A stretch of DNA of 64,000 nucleotides from assembly GCA_963666345.1 (NCBI GenBank), contig OY762721.1, positions 2,688,001-2,752,000 on the forward strand, given 5' to 3'. A program made the position numbers and the translations under genes. The notes under the pieces were generated by a model. It ran no database searches. It had not been told where the DNA came from and saw only the letters and a program-made list of their open reading frames with translations. Every line of letters begins with the position of its first letter. The first letter of the stretch is position 1. Below are positions 20,136 to 30,084 of the stretch, piece by piece. This stretch comes from Desulfatiglandales bacterium (GTDB lineage: Bacteria > Desulfobacterota > DSM-4660 > Desulfatiglandales > Desulfatiglandaceae).

Positions 20136-20936
20136 ATGTCCAGGATCGAAATAATCTGCCCTTTCTGCGGTTTTTCAAAAGAAATCGGGGAAGAAATAAT
20201 ACCCAGGGGAGCAAAAAGGGCGACCTGCCCCAGATGCCGCCAGCGTTTCGAGATTCCATGTTTCGGTAAAAACGCGGAACATTCAGCAGAAACAGATGCG
20301 CCCGGCCCGGACAAAGAATCTCCATGGGAAAACCGCTCCGAGATAGGCCTTTTACAGGGGGTGTTTCGCACCTTAAGAGAGGTCCTTTTCCGTCCCTCCT
20401 CGTTTTTCAGAGACTTAAGTGCCAACCGCGGAATGTGGGAACCGATGGGATTCGGCCTGCTTACCGGTTCCATAGGGGCCATGTTCGGCTTTTTCTGGCA
20501 TTTCCTCCTGCTGTCCGGGACCATGTCAAGATTCGGGGTACCTTTTTTCGGGCATGCAGCCGCCGGCATATTATTCGTATTCATGATAACCCTTGTCCCG
20601 TTGATCATAGCGCTGGGCATGGTTGTGTATGCCGCGTTTCTGCACCTTCTTCTGAGCATCGTAAGGGGAGGCGGAAGGGGATTTGAGGCCTCCTTCAGGG
20701 TGATCGCCTTTTCCCAGTCCGCGCAGCTGCTTGGTATTATTCCGGTAATCGGAGGATGGGCAGGGCTTGTATGGCAGCTTATCGTGCAGGCGGCGGGACT
20801 CAAGGAGATCCACAGGATTTCATATCTGAGACTTACGGCGGCAATGCTCATCCCGGTTGCCCTTGTTCTCTTGTTTGCCCTTGCAGTGGTCCTTTTCGTT
20901 CCTTTTTCCGTGCAGACCGGTACCACCTATATATGA
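20136..20936 (+). CDS. Zinc-ribbon plus YIP1-family membrane protein
   Basis: CPFC...CPRC ribbon, PWE motif and P..FF start of a Yip1-type TM region. Confidence 0.8.
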   Translation: MSRIEIICPFCGFSKEIGEEIIPRGAKRATCPRCRQRFEIPCFGKNAEHSAETDAPGPDKESPWENRSEIGLLQGVFRTLREVLFRPSSFFRDLSANRGMWEPMGFGLLTGSIGAMFGFFWHFLLLSGTMSRFGVPFFGHAAAGILFVFMITLVPLIIALGMVVYAAFLHLLLSIVRGGGRGFEASFRVIAFSQSAQLLGIIPVIGGWAGLVWQLIVQAAGLKEIHRISYLRLTAAMLIPVALVLLFALAVVLFVPFSVQTGTTYI

Positions 20937-20976
20937 ATAAGGAAGGCGTTTGGGATATCCGATGCCGGGTGAAGAT

Positions 20977-22020
20977 ATGAGAGAAATAGCGATCTGGATT
21001 GCCGATGAAAGGTTCATCTACGATATGCTGGATGGATTTCCCTCCATCCTTGTACTGCTGCTCATAGTCCTGTGCATCGTAGTGGTATCCAAGGGGGCGG
21101 ACTGGCTCGTAGAAGGGGCTGTGCGTCTGGCGGGCGCAACCGGGCTTTCCAGGATCTTTATCGGGGCGACGGTCGTGTCTCTGGGGACCACGACACCCGA
21201 GGCGGTCGTATCCGTTATGGCCGCCTGGATGGGAAACCCCGGTCTTGCCCTTGGAAACGGGGTGGGATCAATTATCGCGGATACGGGACTCATCTTCGGG
21301 TTGAGCTGCATCCTGGCGTCCATGCCGGTGAATCGCTATATCCTGAACAGGACCGGCTGGGTACAGGTGGGGTCCGCCACCCTGCTGGTGATAATCGCGC
21401 TCATAGCGGCAGCGGGCACCGGGCCCCCTGTTATCGGTAGATCGGTAGGGCTCCTGTTCCTCTGTATCCTTACGGGCTATCTCTACATGACCTATGTGTG
21501 GGCGAAAAGGGGGGCGCCGACTGATGAGGGTACGGCTGAATGTTCGGCCGCGGGGGGGCTGGCCTGGTCGTGGTCCAGGATCGTGGCAGGCCTTGTCATG
21601 GTGGTGGCGGGGGCAAGGATTCTCGTTCCCTGTGTTTCATGTATGGCCCACAGGGTAGGGGTTCCGGACGACGTGATCGCCGCCACCCTGGTGGCCTTCG
21701 GCACCTCGCTTCCCGAGCTTATAACGGCGGTTGCGGCAATCAGAAAGGGGCATCCTGAGATCACCATAGGAAACATAGTTGGGGCCGATGTCCTCAACTG
21801 CCTTTTCGTGATCGGGGCGGCCGCTGCTGCAAGGCCCCTTGCGATCCCGGAAAATTTCTACACCTTTCATTTCCCCGCCATGCTGCTGATACTCTATTCG
21901 TTCAGGATCTTTATCGGCATGAACAGACAAGGGCGCTTCAGGAAGTGGCAGGGGGGGTGGCTTCTGGGGGTCTATTTCGTCTATATCCTGCTTCAATATC
22001 TCTTTAATATTGAGGCGTAA
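20977..22020 (+). CDS. Calcium/sodium antiporter (YrbG family)
   Basis: GATVVSLGTTTPE and VAFGTSLPE alpha-repeats. Confidence 0.9.
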   Translation: MREIAIWIADERFIYDMLDGFPSILVLLLIVLCIVVVSKGADWLVEGAVRLAGATGLSRIFIGATVVSLGTTTPEAVVSVMAAWMGNPGLALGNGVGSIIADTGLIFGLSCILASMPVNRYILNRTGWVQVGSATLLVIIALIAAAGTGPPVIGRSVGLLFLCILTGYLYMTYVWAKRGAPTDEGTAECSAAGGLAWSWSRIVAGLVMVVAGARILVPCVSCMAHRVGVPDDVIAATLVAFGTSLPELITAVAAIRKGHPEITIGNIVGADVLNCLFVIGAAAAARPLAIPENFYTFHFPAMLLILYSFRIFIGMNRQGRFRKWQGGWLLGVYFVYILLQYLFNIEA

Positions 22021-22028
22021 TTTTTTAT

Positions 22029-22582
22029 GGATCATCTCCAAAAGAGTTGATCTAAATGAAGGATTCTTTGCTCCGCTTACGCTTCGCTCAGCCCCACTGC
22101 TTCGCAGCGGGTTCCCGGGTTCGAGGGGTCAAGGGGCCAAGGGTTCGAGTGAAATGCTTAAAGATCATAGGCAGTTAAACGTTCGGCAAAAACCGTATAC
22201 GCCTTGTTTACATATCTATAAAGAAACGAAAAGTTTTCCAAAAGATGAGCGGTACGGTTTGACCTCCCAAATCAGAAGATCTGCGGTTTCCATACCATCG
22301 AATATCGCCTAAAGGTATGGGAGGAAAACGACTATGGAGTATGTGAGATTTCTCTATATTGCATATGGTTCAGTCTGTGAACTGGAAACCCAAGCCATGA
22401 TATCAGGTGAGTTGGGTTATGTGAAAAAAACAGAGGCTTCAGGAATTAAAAGGGCAAATCGGGGATGTCGAGACAATGCTCAAAGCGTTGATCAAATTTC
22501 TGGAAAGCAAACCATCGACTCCTTGAACCCTTGAACCCTTGAACCCTTGAACCCTTTATCCTAACTAATTGGGAGAAGAACC
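22029..22582 (+). mobile_element. Family-1 non-autonomous element (554 bp) carrying a four-helix-bundle pseudogene
   Basis: Left end GGATCATCTCCAAAAGAGTTG, right end AACTAATTGGGAGAAGAACC; CCCTTGAA tandem repeats; flanks not a clean duplication. Confidence 0.85.
22154..22526 (+). pseudogene. Four-helix-bundle protein (TIGR02436 / 23S IVS-like) with a nonsense codon and a frameshift
   Basis: MLKDHRQLNV...FPKDERYGLTSQIRRSAVSIPSNIA*...RFLYIAYGSVCELETQ. Confidence 0.88.
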
Positions 22583-22638
22583 AAAATTATAAACAGTTAA
22601 ACGTTCGGTAAAAATCGTATATGCCTTGTTTGCATATC

Positions 22639-22796
22639 TAGTGTTCATCCGTAAATCAAGATTTATGGAATCACGTTATAGGCAATCAGCTCTCAGCAGT
22701 CAGCAAAACATCAGGAATATCAATTTATTGGTTCTCTGCCGATGGCTGACGGCTGAAAGCAACATCCGGAAATGATCCATTTCCGGATGGGAACTA
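22639..22796. mobile_element. Family-2 MITE-like element
   Basis: Ends TAGTGTTCATCCG and CGGATGGGAACTA; internal 7-nt repeats CAGCTCTCAGCAGTCAGC and GCTGACGGCTGAAAGC. Confidence 0.7.
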
Positions 22797-22813
22797 CTTA
22801 AGGAAGATATAAT

Positions 22814-25042
22814 ATGACAAAAGGTACGTCTTTGATTGAATATGAAAAGGTCTTAAATCCGATGCAGCTTGAGGCGGTCATGACGCTTCAGGGGCCGCTG
22901 CTTGTAATCGCGGGCGCGGGCAGCGGAAAGACCAGGACCCTAACCTACCGGGTCGCGCGACTTGTCGAGACCGGCGTTGATCCGGAAGCGATCCTGCTTC
23001 TGACCTTCACCAGAAAAGCCTCGCAGGAGATGCTTGAAAGGGCCGCGGCTCTTAGCGATTCCAGATGTACGCGGGTATCCGGAGGGACCTTTCACTCCCT
23101 TGCCCACCGGGTATTGAGGGGCAACGCGGAACTGGCCGGTTATTCACCCTCTTTCACCATCCTTGACCGGGCCGATATGGAGGAGGTCATTCAATCCCTG
23201 GTCCCTGATCTGGGTCTGCCCAAGGGGACCCCCAGGTTCCCCAAAAGGGGCACCCTGGCAAACATATTGAGCAAGTCCGCAAACCTCCAGTGTCCTGTCG
23301 ACAACCTCATTGCAGACGAGTTCGCCCATTTCGTGGAATTTACCTCCGACATAAATACCCTGGGGGAACTCTACAGGGGCTACAAAAAGAAAAATCAGCT
23401 GATGGACTATGATGACCTTATAATAAATTTCAGGGACATATTGGCGCACAGCAGGGAGCTTAGAACAAGACTGGGCCTTAAGTACGGATATATAATGGTG
23501 GATGAATATCAGGACACAAACTCCATACAGGCGGATATCTCAAGGTATCTTGCCGATGAACATGGCAATATCATGGTGGTGGGGGACGACTCCCAGTCGA
23601 TCTATTCCTTCAGGGGCGCCAATTACAGGAACATGTTCGAATTCACCGACCATTTCCCTGAGGCAAGGATCATAAAGCTGGAGGAAAACTACCGCTCAAC
23701 CCAGCCGATCCTTTCCTTTACAAACGCCCTTATGGACGGGGCCGTGGAAAAGTATACCAAGTGCCTCTTTACCAAGAGGGGAGACGGGGAAAGGCCGAAG
23801 ATCGTGGATACGGGAAGCGATCCCGGGCAGGCGGCCTATGTGTGCCGCTTTATTCAGGAGCAGGTCGGGAAGGGAAAGGCACTCAAGGACCACGCCGTGC
23901 TATTCAGGGCCGGATACCACTCCTTTGAGCTTGAGGCGGAACTTACCAGACAGGGGGTCCCGTATGTAAAGTACGGCGGGTTCAAGTTTCTGGAATCCGC
24001 GCATATCAAGGATTTTATCGCGCACCTCAGGGTTCTGGTAAACAGGGACGAGGCGGTGAGCTGGGGAAGGGTGCTTGGGCTCATAAAAAACGTGGGCCGG
24101 GCAAAGACCAGGGACATAATAAGGTGGATGCGGGAGTCTGATATCCCTCCCGAGGAGGTGGCGTCATGGCCGGGGCGCGGCGGAAGAGATAACCGCGGCC
24201 TCAAGGACCTGGGCAGCCTTTTCAGGAAGCTGTCTTCAAATAAGATAGCCCCCAAGCAGGCGGTTTCAAAGGTCATGGACTACTACGGCCCCATCCTTGA
24301 GGAGAAATTCGATGACCATCCCAGAAGAAGAAAGGAACTGGAACAGCTCATACGGATGTCCAAGAGATACAGGAAGCTCAGAGGCTTTCTGGATGATCTC
24401 GTGCTTGAACCCCCGGCAAGTTCAGCCGATATAGGCATGGAAAAGGGGGATGACTGTCTTACCCTTTCTACCATTCATTCGGCAAAGGGGCTTGAATGGC
24501 CCGTGGTATTTATCATATGGCTCAAGGACGGAAGGTTCCCGCCCGCCCAGGCATGCTCGGATGATGAGGCGCTTGAAGAGGAGCGCAGGCTTATGTATGT
24601 GGCGGCAACAAGGGCCAAGGACAGGCTCATCATGTGTTATCCCGGAAGAGACACGGGCCCTGCCTGGGCCGCGGCCTATTCAGGGGGAAACAACAGCGGT
24701 CCGTCATGTCTTCTTAATGGAATTCCTGACGGCATAACCTCGTTTGAGGCATCAAAGAGGGGCTTTTCTTTCAGAGACAGGGGAAAGGACATTATCTTCG
24801 GCCGGAGACGCGGCGCTATAATCAGGAGGGAAAACGCCTCAGGCGGCAGGGACAGGTCCCTTAAACCGACTGAGGGCGAAAACGGGGGAAACGGCTTTTG
24901 CCAGGGGGAAAAGGTCAATCACCCGGCGTTCGGCCCGGGGGTCGTATCACGGCTTATAGGATCCGATAAGGTGGAGGTGCTCTTCAGCAGGTTCGGCCGA
25001 AAGCTTCTGCACCTTCAGTACACCACGCTTGAGAAGGGGTGA
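22814..25042 (+). CDS. ATP-dependent helicase, UvrD/Rep family
   Basis: AGAGSGKT, LLTFTRKA, VDEYQDTN, VGDDSQSIY, NYRS, STIHSAKGLEW and EERRLMYVAATRA motifs. Confidence 0.94.
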   Translation: MTKGTSLIEYEKVLNPMQLEAVMTLQGPLLVIAGAGSGKTRTLTYRVARLVETGVDPEAILLLTFTRKASQEMLERAAALSDSRCTRVSGGTFHSLAHRVLRGNAELAGYSPSFTILDRADMEEVIQSLVPDLGLPKGTPRFPKRGTLANILSKSANLQCPVDNLIADEFAHFVEFTSDINTLGELYRGYKKKNQLMDYDDLIINFRDILAHSRELRTRLGLKYGYIMVDEYQDTNSIQADISRYLADEHGNIMVVGDDSQSIYSFRGANYRNMFEFTDHFPEARIIKLEENYRSTQPILSFTNALMDGAVEKYTKCLFTKRGDGERPKIVDTGSDPGQAAYVCRFIQEQVGKGKALKDHAVLFRAGYHSFELEAELTRQGVPYVKYGGFKFLESAHIKDFIAHLRVLVNRDEAVSWGRVLGLIKNVGRAKTRDIIRWMRESDIPPEEVASWPGRGGRDNRGLKDLGSLFRKLSSNKIAPKQAVSKVMDYYGPILEEKFDDHPRRRKELEQLIRMSKRYRKLRGFLDDLVLEPPASSADIGMEKGDDCLTLSTIHSAKGLEWPVVFIIWLKDGRFPPAQACSDDEALEEERRLMYVAATRAKDRLIMCYPGRDTGPAWAAAYSGGNNSGPSCLLNGIPDGITSFEASKRGFSFRDRGKDIIFGRRRGAIIRRENASGGRDRSLKPTEGENGGNGFCQGEKVNHPAFGPGVVSRLIGSDKVEVLFSRFGRKLLHLQYTTLEKG

Positions 25043-25085
25043 AAAAGACAGGGGCCAAGGGCTCGAGAGGTCAATCGGGGGAAGG

Positions 25086-25652
25086 TTATTTTACCAGCTT
25101 CAGGACCTCCCTGAACTTATCCGTGCCCGCCTTTTTGAGCAGTTCATAAAAAAACATCTCGCATGTCGTAAGGGTCACGCCGCACCCTGCCATCCTTTTA
25201 AGCGCGATGTCTCTGTCGTCCCTTGCGCGGGAAGAGGTGCAGTCTGTCAGAAGCTGGACCCCGTAACCGGAAAGCGCGTAAATGGCGGTCTGGGCAACAC
25301 ATATGTGGGTCTCGATGCCTGCGACAATCAGGACCTTTTTGCCTGTGTCTTTAATCCGCCCGGCGAAACCGGGAGATCTGAAGCAGTTGAAATCCATCTT
25401 CATTACCGGGGCGACATCTTCCATCTCAACGCGGATCTCAGGGATGGTCTCTCCCAGGTTCTCCTGCTCGGTAAGGATAATCGGAAGATCCATTATCTTC
25501 GAAAACCTGATGAGCCTGACAATATTGTCTCTTATCCTTTCCTTGTCGGAGATAAGCTGAAAAAGCCTTTCCTGAACATCTATTATCAAAAGGCAACAAT
25601 CCTGCTTGTCAACCAGCCTTTTATCGCAGCCCTCGGCTATTACGGCACCCAT
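25086..25652 (-). CDS. Isochorismatase-family hydrolase
   Basis: LLIIDVQERL, TEQ and GIETHICVAQT motifs. Confidence 0.9.
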   Translation of the reverse strand: MGAVIAEGCDKRLVDKQDCCLLIIDVQERLFQLISDKERIRDNIVRLIRFSKIMDLPIILTEQENLGETIPEIRVEMEDVAPVMKMDFNCFRSPGFAGRIKDTGKKVLIVAGIETHICVAQTAIYALSGYGVQLLTDCTSSRARDDRDIALKRMAGCGVTLTTCEMFFYELLKKAGTDKFREVLKLVK

Positions 25653-25663
25653 AAGACTCCCCG

Positions 25664-26386
25664 TTAATAATCACGCCATTCCATTTCCATGTGTGCACAC
25701 TTGGCCTTTATGCGCTCAAGTATCTCTTCCCTGCGATCGTGGGCCCAGGCGGGAAGCTCGTTGTTCCATTTCTCCTTTGAAGGGACATACACGATGCTGG
25801 GTGTCTTAAGCCCCGGGTCCACGCTCAGCTCGAATGAATTTTCCCCTTCAATGTATTTGAGATACCTGAAGGCAATGAGCAGGTCATATTCTTCTCTTGC
25901 ACCTTTGGCAGGGCTTCCTTTTTTATCTGAAGCCTCTTTTGCCCTGATAAATGCCGCCTCTGAATCGATCATGTCGATCCTTTTTTTGTAACGGCCCCCT
26001 GCAAAGGGCGTATCAAGCCACACGGATATGATGTCAAGCGCCTTTTCAATGCCCGCTGTGCCTGAGGCAATGGAGATCATGTTCGTATCATGCCGCGTCC
26101 TTGAGACAAGTGCGGTACTGCTGTCCTGGCACAGGACGCATCTTACCCCCTTTTGTCTGTTTGAAGCGATAACGGCACCGATTCCCGTAACACCCAGAAA
26201 TATCCCCCGTTCGCACGTGCCCCCTGAAACGGAGGCTGCAACAGGGTTGACAAAGAGGGGATAATCAACCTCATCCGCTGAAAAGGTCCCGAAATCCTCT
26301 ATTGTGTGCCCTTTTTGTTCGAGGTGCCTGATAATCCTTTCCTTATCGGCAAACCCGGTCCCGTCGGAGCCTATGGCAATCTTCAT
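25664..26386 (-). CDS. RpiB/LacAB-family protein with a divergent active site and a C-terminal extra domain
   Basis: MKIAIGSD, VDYP, TGIG, N...GVRC and WLDTPFAGGRY, plus about 95 extra residues. Confidence 0.75.
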   Translation of the reverse strand: MKIAIGSDGTGFADKERIIRHLEQKGHTIEDFGTFSADEVDYPLFVNPVAASVSGGTCERGIFLGVTGIGAVIASNRQKGVRCVLCQDSSTALVSRTRHDTNMISIASGTAGIEKALDIISVWLDTPFAGGRYKKRIDMIDSEAAFIRAKEASDKKGSPAKGAREEYDLLIAFRYLKYIEGENSFELSVDPGLKTPSIVYVPSKEKWNNELPAWAHDRREEILERIKAKCAHMEMEWRDY

Positions 26387-26617
26387 CTCTTTTTACCTTC
26401 CTTTCGGCATTTTACGGCCTATGTCAGCATACTTCCTGTATACTGCTTTATGTCAAGCGCTTTTTAAATGAAAAGGGGATAATATATGCTTGCGTGGATA
26501 ATATTTGGGATGTAATATTAACCTCTGACTTAAAATACAACCATATAATCCGTCAGTTTCGGTTTTTCTGCCAGCATCAGACCCGGCGCGGCCCACGGCC
26601 GCAGGAGGGAGCCCCCA

Positions 26618-28096
26618 ATGAATATTCTACTCTTATACCCGGAATTTCCCGACACCTTCTGGAGCCTCAAGCATGCTCTGAAATTTATCAGAAAAAAGGC
26701 GGCCTCGCCCCCGCTGGGGCTTTTGACCGTGGCCGCCATGCTCCCTTCCAAATGGCAAAAGCGCCTTGTGGACCTCAATATCGGAAATGTAACGGATGCG
26801 GACCTTAAATGGGCCGATTACGCATTCATAAGCGCCATGATGGTGCAGAGGGAATCGACCCTCAGGCTTTTAAGGCTGTGCAGGAGCAAGGGACTCAAGG
26901 TCGTGGCGGGCGGCCCTCTTTTCATGGATAATCCCCTGGACTATGAGGATGTCGATCATTTTGTCTTAAATGAGGGGGAGCTTACCCTGCCCGGCTTTCT
27001 TGAGGATCTTGAGAATGGCTGTGCAAAAAGGGTCTATAAGAGCGATGAATTTGCCGACATGAAGGATACTCCGGTGCCCATGTGGGAGCTTGCCGAGGTG
27101 AACAGATACGCCTCCATGAGCGTCCAGTACTCAAGGGGCTGCCCCTATAACTGCGATTTCTGCAACATAACCGCACTTTTCGGGCACCTTCCAAGGACCA
27201 AGACCCCTGAGCAGATCATAGCAGAGCTTGACGCGCTTTATGCCCTGGGATGGCGAAGGGGGATATTTTTTGTGGACGACAACTTCATCGGAAACAAGAG
27301 GCGCCTTAAAGAGGAGCTGCTCCCGGAGCTTAACCGCTGGAGAAGGGATAAGCCGCAGATAACATTCAACACCGAGGTGTCCATAAACCTTGTGGATGAC
27401 GCCGAGCTTATGGACATGATGGTTGATGCGGGATTTGACAAGGTGTTCATAGGAATTGAGACACCCGATGAATCAAGTCTTGCCGAGTGCAACAAGAAGC
27501 AGAACAGAAACCGCAACCTTGTGCAGGATGTAAAAAAGATCCACAGGGCAGGGCTCGAGGTCCAGGGCGGCTTTATCGTGGGTTTTGACAATGACACCCC
27601 TTCCATATTCCAGAGGCAGATCGATTTCATACAGAAAAGCGGCATAATGACCGCCATGGTGGGGCTCCTTCAGGCCCCCCCCGGCACCAAACTCTATGCG
27701 AGAATGGAAAAAGAGGGCCGGCTCACCGGAAGACTTGAGGGGGATAATGTAAACGGTACCACGAACATCATCCCGACCATGAACCCGGAACAGCTCTTTA
27801 AGGGGTACAAAGACATACTGGAACACATCTATTCCCCTGAATACTATTACAAGCGCTTACAAACGTTTCTCAAGGACTACAAGGCACCCGAGATAAATAT
27901 CCCCATAAAATGGGGGCAGATAATGGCCTTTGTCAGGTCGGCCGTTCACCTCGGCATACTGGGAAAGGAGCGGATATATTACTGGAAGCTCCTTATTTGG
28001 ACCCAGTTCAGGAGACCCAGGCTGGTCCCCCTTGCAATCACCCTTGCCATCTACGGGCATCACTTCAGAAAGGTCTATGAGCAGCACATAATCTGA
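26618..28096 (+). CDS. B12-binding radical SAM protein (DUF4070 type)
   Basis: YPEFPDTFWS, PPLGLLTVAA, SRGCPYNCDFC, FFVDDNFIG and GFIVGFD motifs. Confidence 0.9.
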   Translation: MNILLLYPEFPDTFWSLKHALKFIRKKAASPPLGLLTVAAMLPSKWQKRLVDLNIGNVTDADLKWADYAFISAMMVQRESTLRLLRLCRSKGLKVVAGGPLFMDNPLDYEDVDHFVLNEGELTLPGFLEDLENGCAKRVYKSDEFADMKDTPVPMWELAEVNRYASMSVQYSRGCPYNCDFCNITALFGHLPRTKTPEQIIAELDALYALGWRRGIFFVDDNFIGNKRRLKEELLPELNRWRRDKPQITFNTEVSINLVDDAELMDMMVDAGFDKVFIGIETPDESSLAECNKKQNRNRNLVQDVKKIHRAGLEVQGGFIVGFDNDTPSIFQRQIDFIQKSGIMTAMVGLLQAPPGTKLYARMEKEGRLTGRLEGDNVNGTTNIIPTMNPEQLFKGYKDILEHIYSPEYYYKRLQTFLKDYKAPEINIPIKWGQIMAFVRSAVHLGILGKERIYYWKLLIWTQFRRPRLVPLAITLAIYGHHFRKVYEQHII

Positions 28097-28275
28097 TCCT
28101 GAAAGGAAACAGGGGATGGACCCCCCATCCTTAATACAGCCTATATATGCAATTCCAACCCGTTGGTATGTCAGGCCGCCTTATCAAAGACAGCAACACG
28201 GACCGCTTAATTAAAGCTGATTTTGCATACAGTGATTTATTTGTAATCGCAGGTTAAGTAACGGGAGGGTATGTC

Positions 28276-28791
28276 ATGAAAGTCTTGGTCACTTATTTCA
28301 GTCAGAGTGGAAACACCGAAAAGATCGCCAAAGCCATCCGGGAAGAAGCATCCCTGGCCAATGATGCGGATCTGAAAAAACTTGCGGACGTCGGAACTGA
28401 CGCTTTTGCCGGATATGATTTCATCTTCATAGGTTCCCCCATCCACGCATCCAATCTGGCCGCACCGGTCAAAGAGTTCCTGGGTAACATTCAGGCAGGT
28501 TCGGGCCGGAAAATGGCCGGGTTCATTACCCATTTCGCCCCCGCCTATCCGGATCAGGACATGGAAGGATTTACAGAACCGATAAAAGCGGCATGCAAGG
28601 AAAAGGGCATCGAATACAAGGGCTGTTTTAACTGCCAGGGCGCTCTGGCCGAATCCATGCACGCAGCAGTACAGAAGAAGCGCAATTTTTCCGACGAACA
28701 ATGGAAAGATATAGTCAAACAGATGACCGGGCACCCAAACGAAGAAGACGCGGCAAACGCCAAAGCGTTTTCAAGAGAGGTTCTGGGCTGA
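28276..28791 (+). CDS. Flavodoxin-family protein
   Basis: YFSQSGNTEKIAKAI and FIGSP motifs. Confidence 0.88.
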   Translation: MKVLVTYFSQSGNTEKIAKAIREEASLANDADLKKLADVGTDAFAGYDFIFIGSPIHASNLAAPVKEFLGNIQAGSGRKMAGFITHFAPAYPDQDMEGFTEPIKAACKEKGIEYKGCFNCQGALAESMHAAVQKKRNFSDEQWKDIVKQMTGHPNEEDAANAKAFSREVLG

Positions 28792-29071
28792 TTTTAAGCC
28801 CCCTGTAAATACATTCAGAGTTTCCGGCTCCAGCGCTTCCGACCCCTGATGCCTGGAAATATAATTTCTAAGGTAACCTGTTGCGGTAATATTTTACCGG
28901 GGAGGATGATGCCCTTACTGTAACCTTGAGTCGCGAGGGTACCAAGAGGTTTTGTACGATATAAAGGCTGCGTGGGCAATGTTTCGTGGAAAAGCATCAT
29001 CTCCCATGTCTTCCGGCAAATGCAGTGATCGGGAAGATACTTGGAAAGGAATAAAAAAGAGGAGGTCATGT

Positions 29072-29716
29072 ATGGATACACATCAAATGGACTGGAACGA
29101 AAAAGTGGCCAAAGTAATCATTGAGAACCTGGAGAAGCGCCGCATGGAAGGCAGCTACACACCTACCGCGGCCCGGGCCAAAGAAGAAATCCTGGACATG
29201 ATTCCCCGGGGGGCAACGGTCTTTCGCTGCGGTTCTATGACAGCTACTGGAATGGGACTCTGGGAGGACATCGCGAACTTGCCGGAAGTCAACCTGATCG
29301 ATCCATATCGGCCGGAACTGAAACCGGAAGAAGGCCTGGAACTCCGGCGTCAGGGATTGACCGCCGATGTCATGGTTGCCAGCTCCAATGCCGTCACGCT
29401 GGACGGGAAACTGGTCAATCTGGACGGTATGGGCAACCGCGTGGCGGCCATGACATTCGGACCAGGGAGGGTCTTTCTGCTGGTCGGGATGAACAAGGTG
29501 GCGCCTGACGTGGATACTGCAATGGACCGTGTCAAACACTATGCGGCACCGGTCAATGCAGTCCGGCTCGGTCTGAAAACCCCCTGTGTGGAGACCGGAC
29601 TCTGTTCAGACTGCAGAGCACCTCAACGGATCTGTAACATGTGGAGCGTCATAGAAGGTCACATGATCAAGGGTCGTATCCATGTCAAGCTGATCGGCGA
29701 AAACTTGGGATATTAG
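29072..29716 (+). CDS. LUD-domain (lactate utilization) protein
   Basis: GSMT, SSNAVTLDGKLVNLDGMGNRVAA and Cys-rich C-terminus. Confidence 0.88.
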   Translation: MDTHQMDWNEKVAKVIIENLEKRRMEGSYTPTAARAKEEILDMIPRGATVFRCGSMTATGMGLWEDIANLPEVNLIDPYRPELKPEEGLELRRQGLTADVMVASSNAVTLDGKLVNLDGMGNRVAAMTFGPGRVFLLVGMNKVAPDVDTAMDRVKHYAAPVNAVRLGLKTPCVETGLCSDCRAPQRICNMWSVIEGHMIKGRIHVKLIGENLGY

Positions 29717-30084
29717 ACGAGATAGGACACGACCTTGGAATGGAAAAGCTTCCTTGGAAAGGGGTGGTAGGCTATGGAGGAAAAGGATCGTCGCTACATT
29801 CCGAAGACAAATAGTGACCCGATAATTGTTGCAAAAATGGTCTTTATGTACGCTATGAACTCCCGGCTCGGAAGGTGGTAGGGAAATGTGACATTGATTA
29901 TCTTGAGCTTGAAAATCTCTCCGATCTTCAAAAACTTAATGCCGTCAGGGTAATGGTAAATGTTGAATCAGCAGCTTTAGCACTTCGGGCCGGTATCAAG
30001 TGATAGTTTTCTAACGGTGTGGTTTTTGTGTGACTTGGTAACCGGGGGGCCTGTTTAAGACCATCCAACCAAGGAGAAAAGAAG

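Noticed and set aside
22154..22526. Diversity-generating retroelement, because four-helix-bundle proteins resemble Avd
   Set aside because: No reverse transcriptase, and no repeat pair differing only at adenines was seen.
22029..22582. 23S rRNA intervening sequence
   Set aside because: No rRNA sequence flanks any copy.
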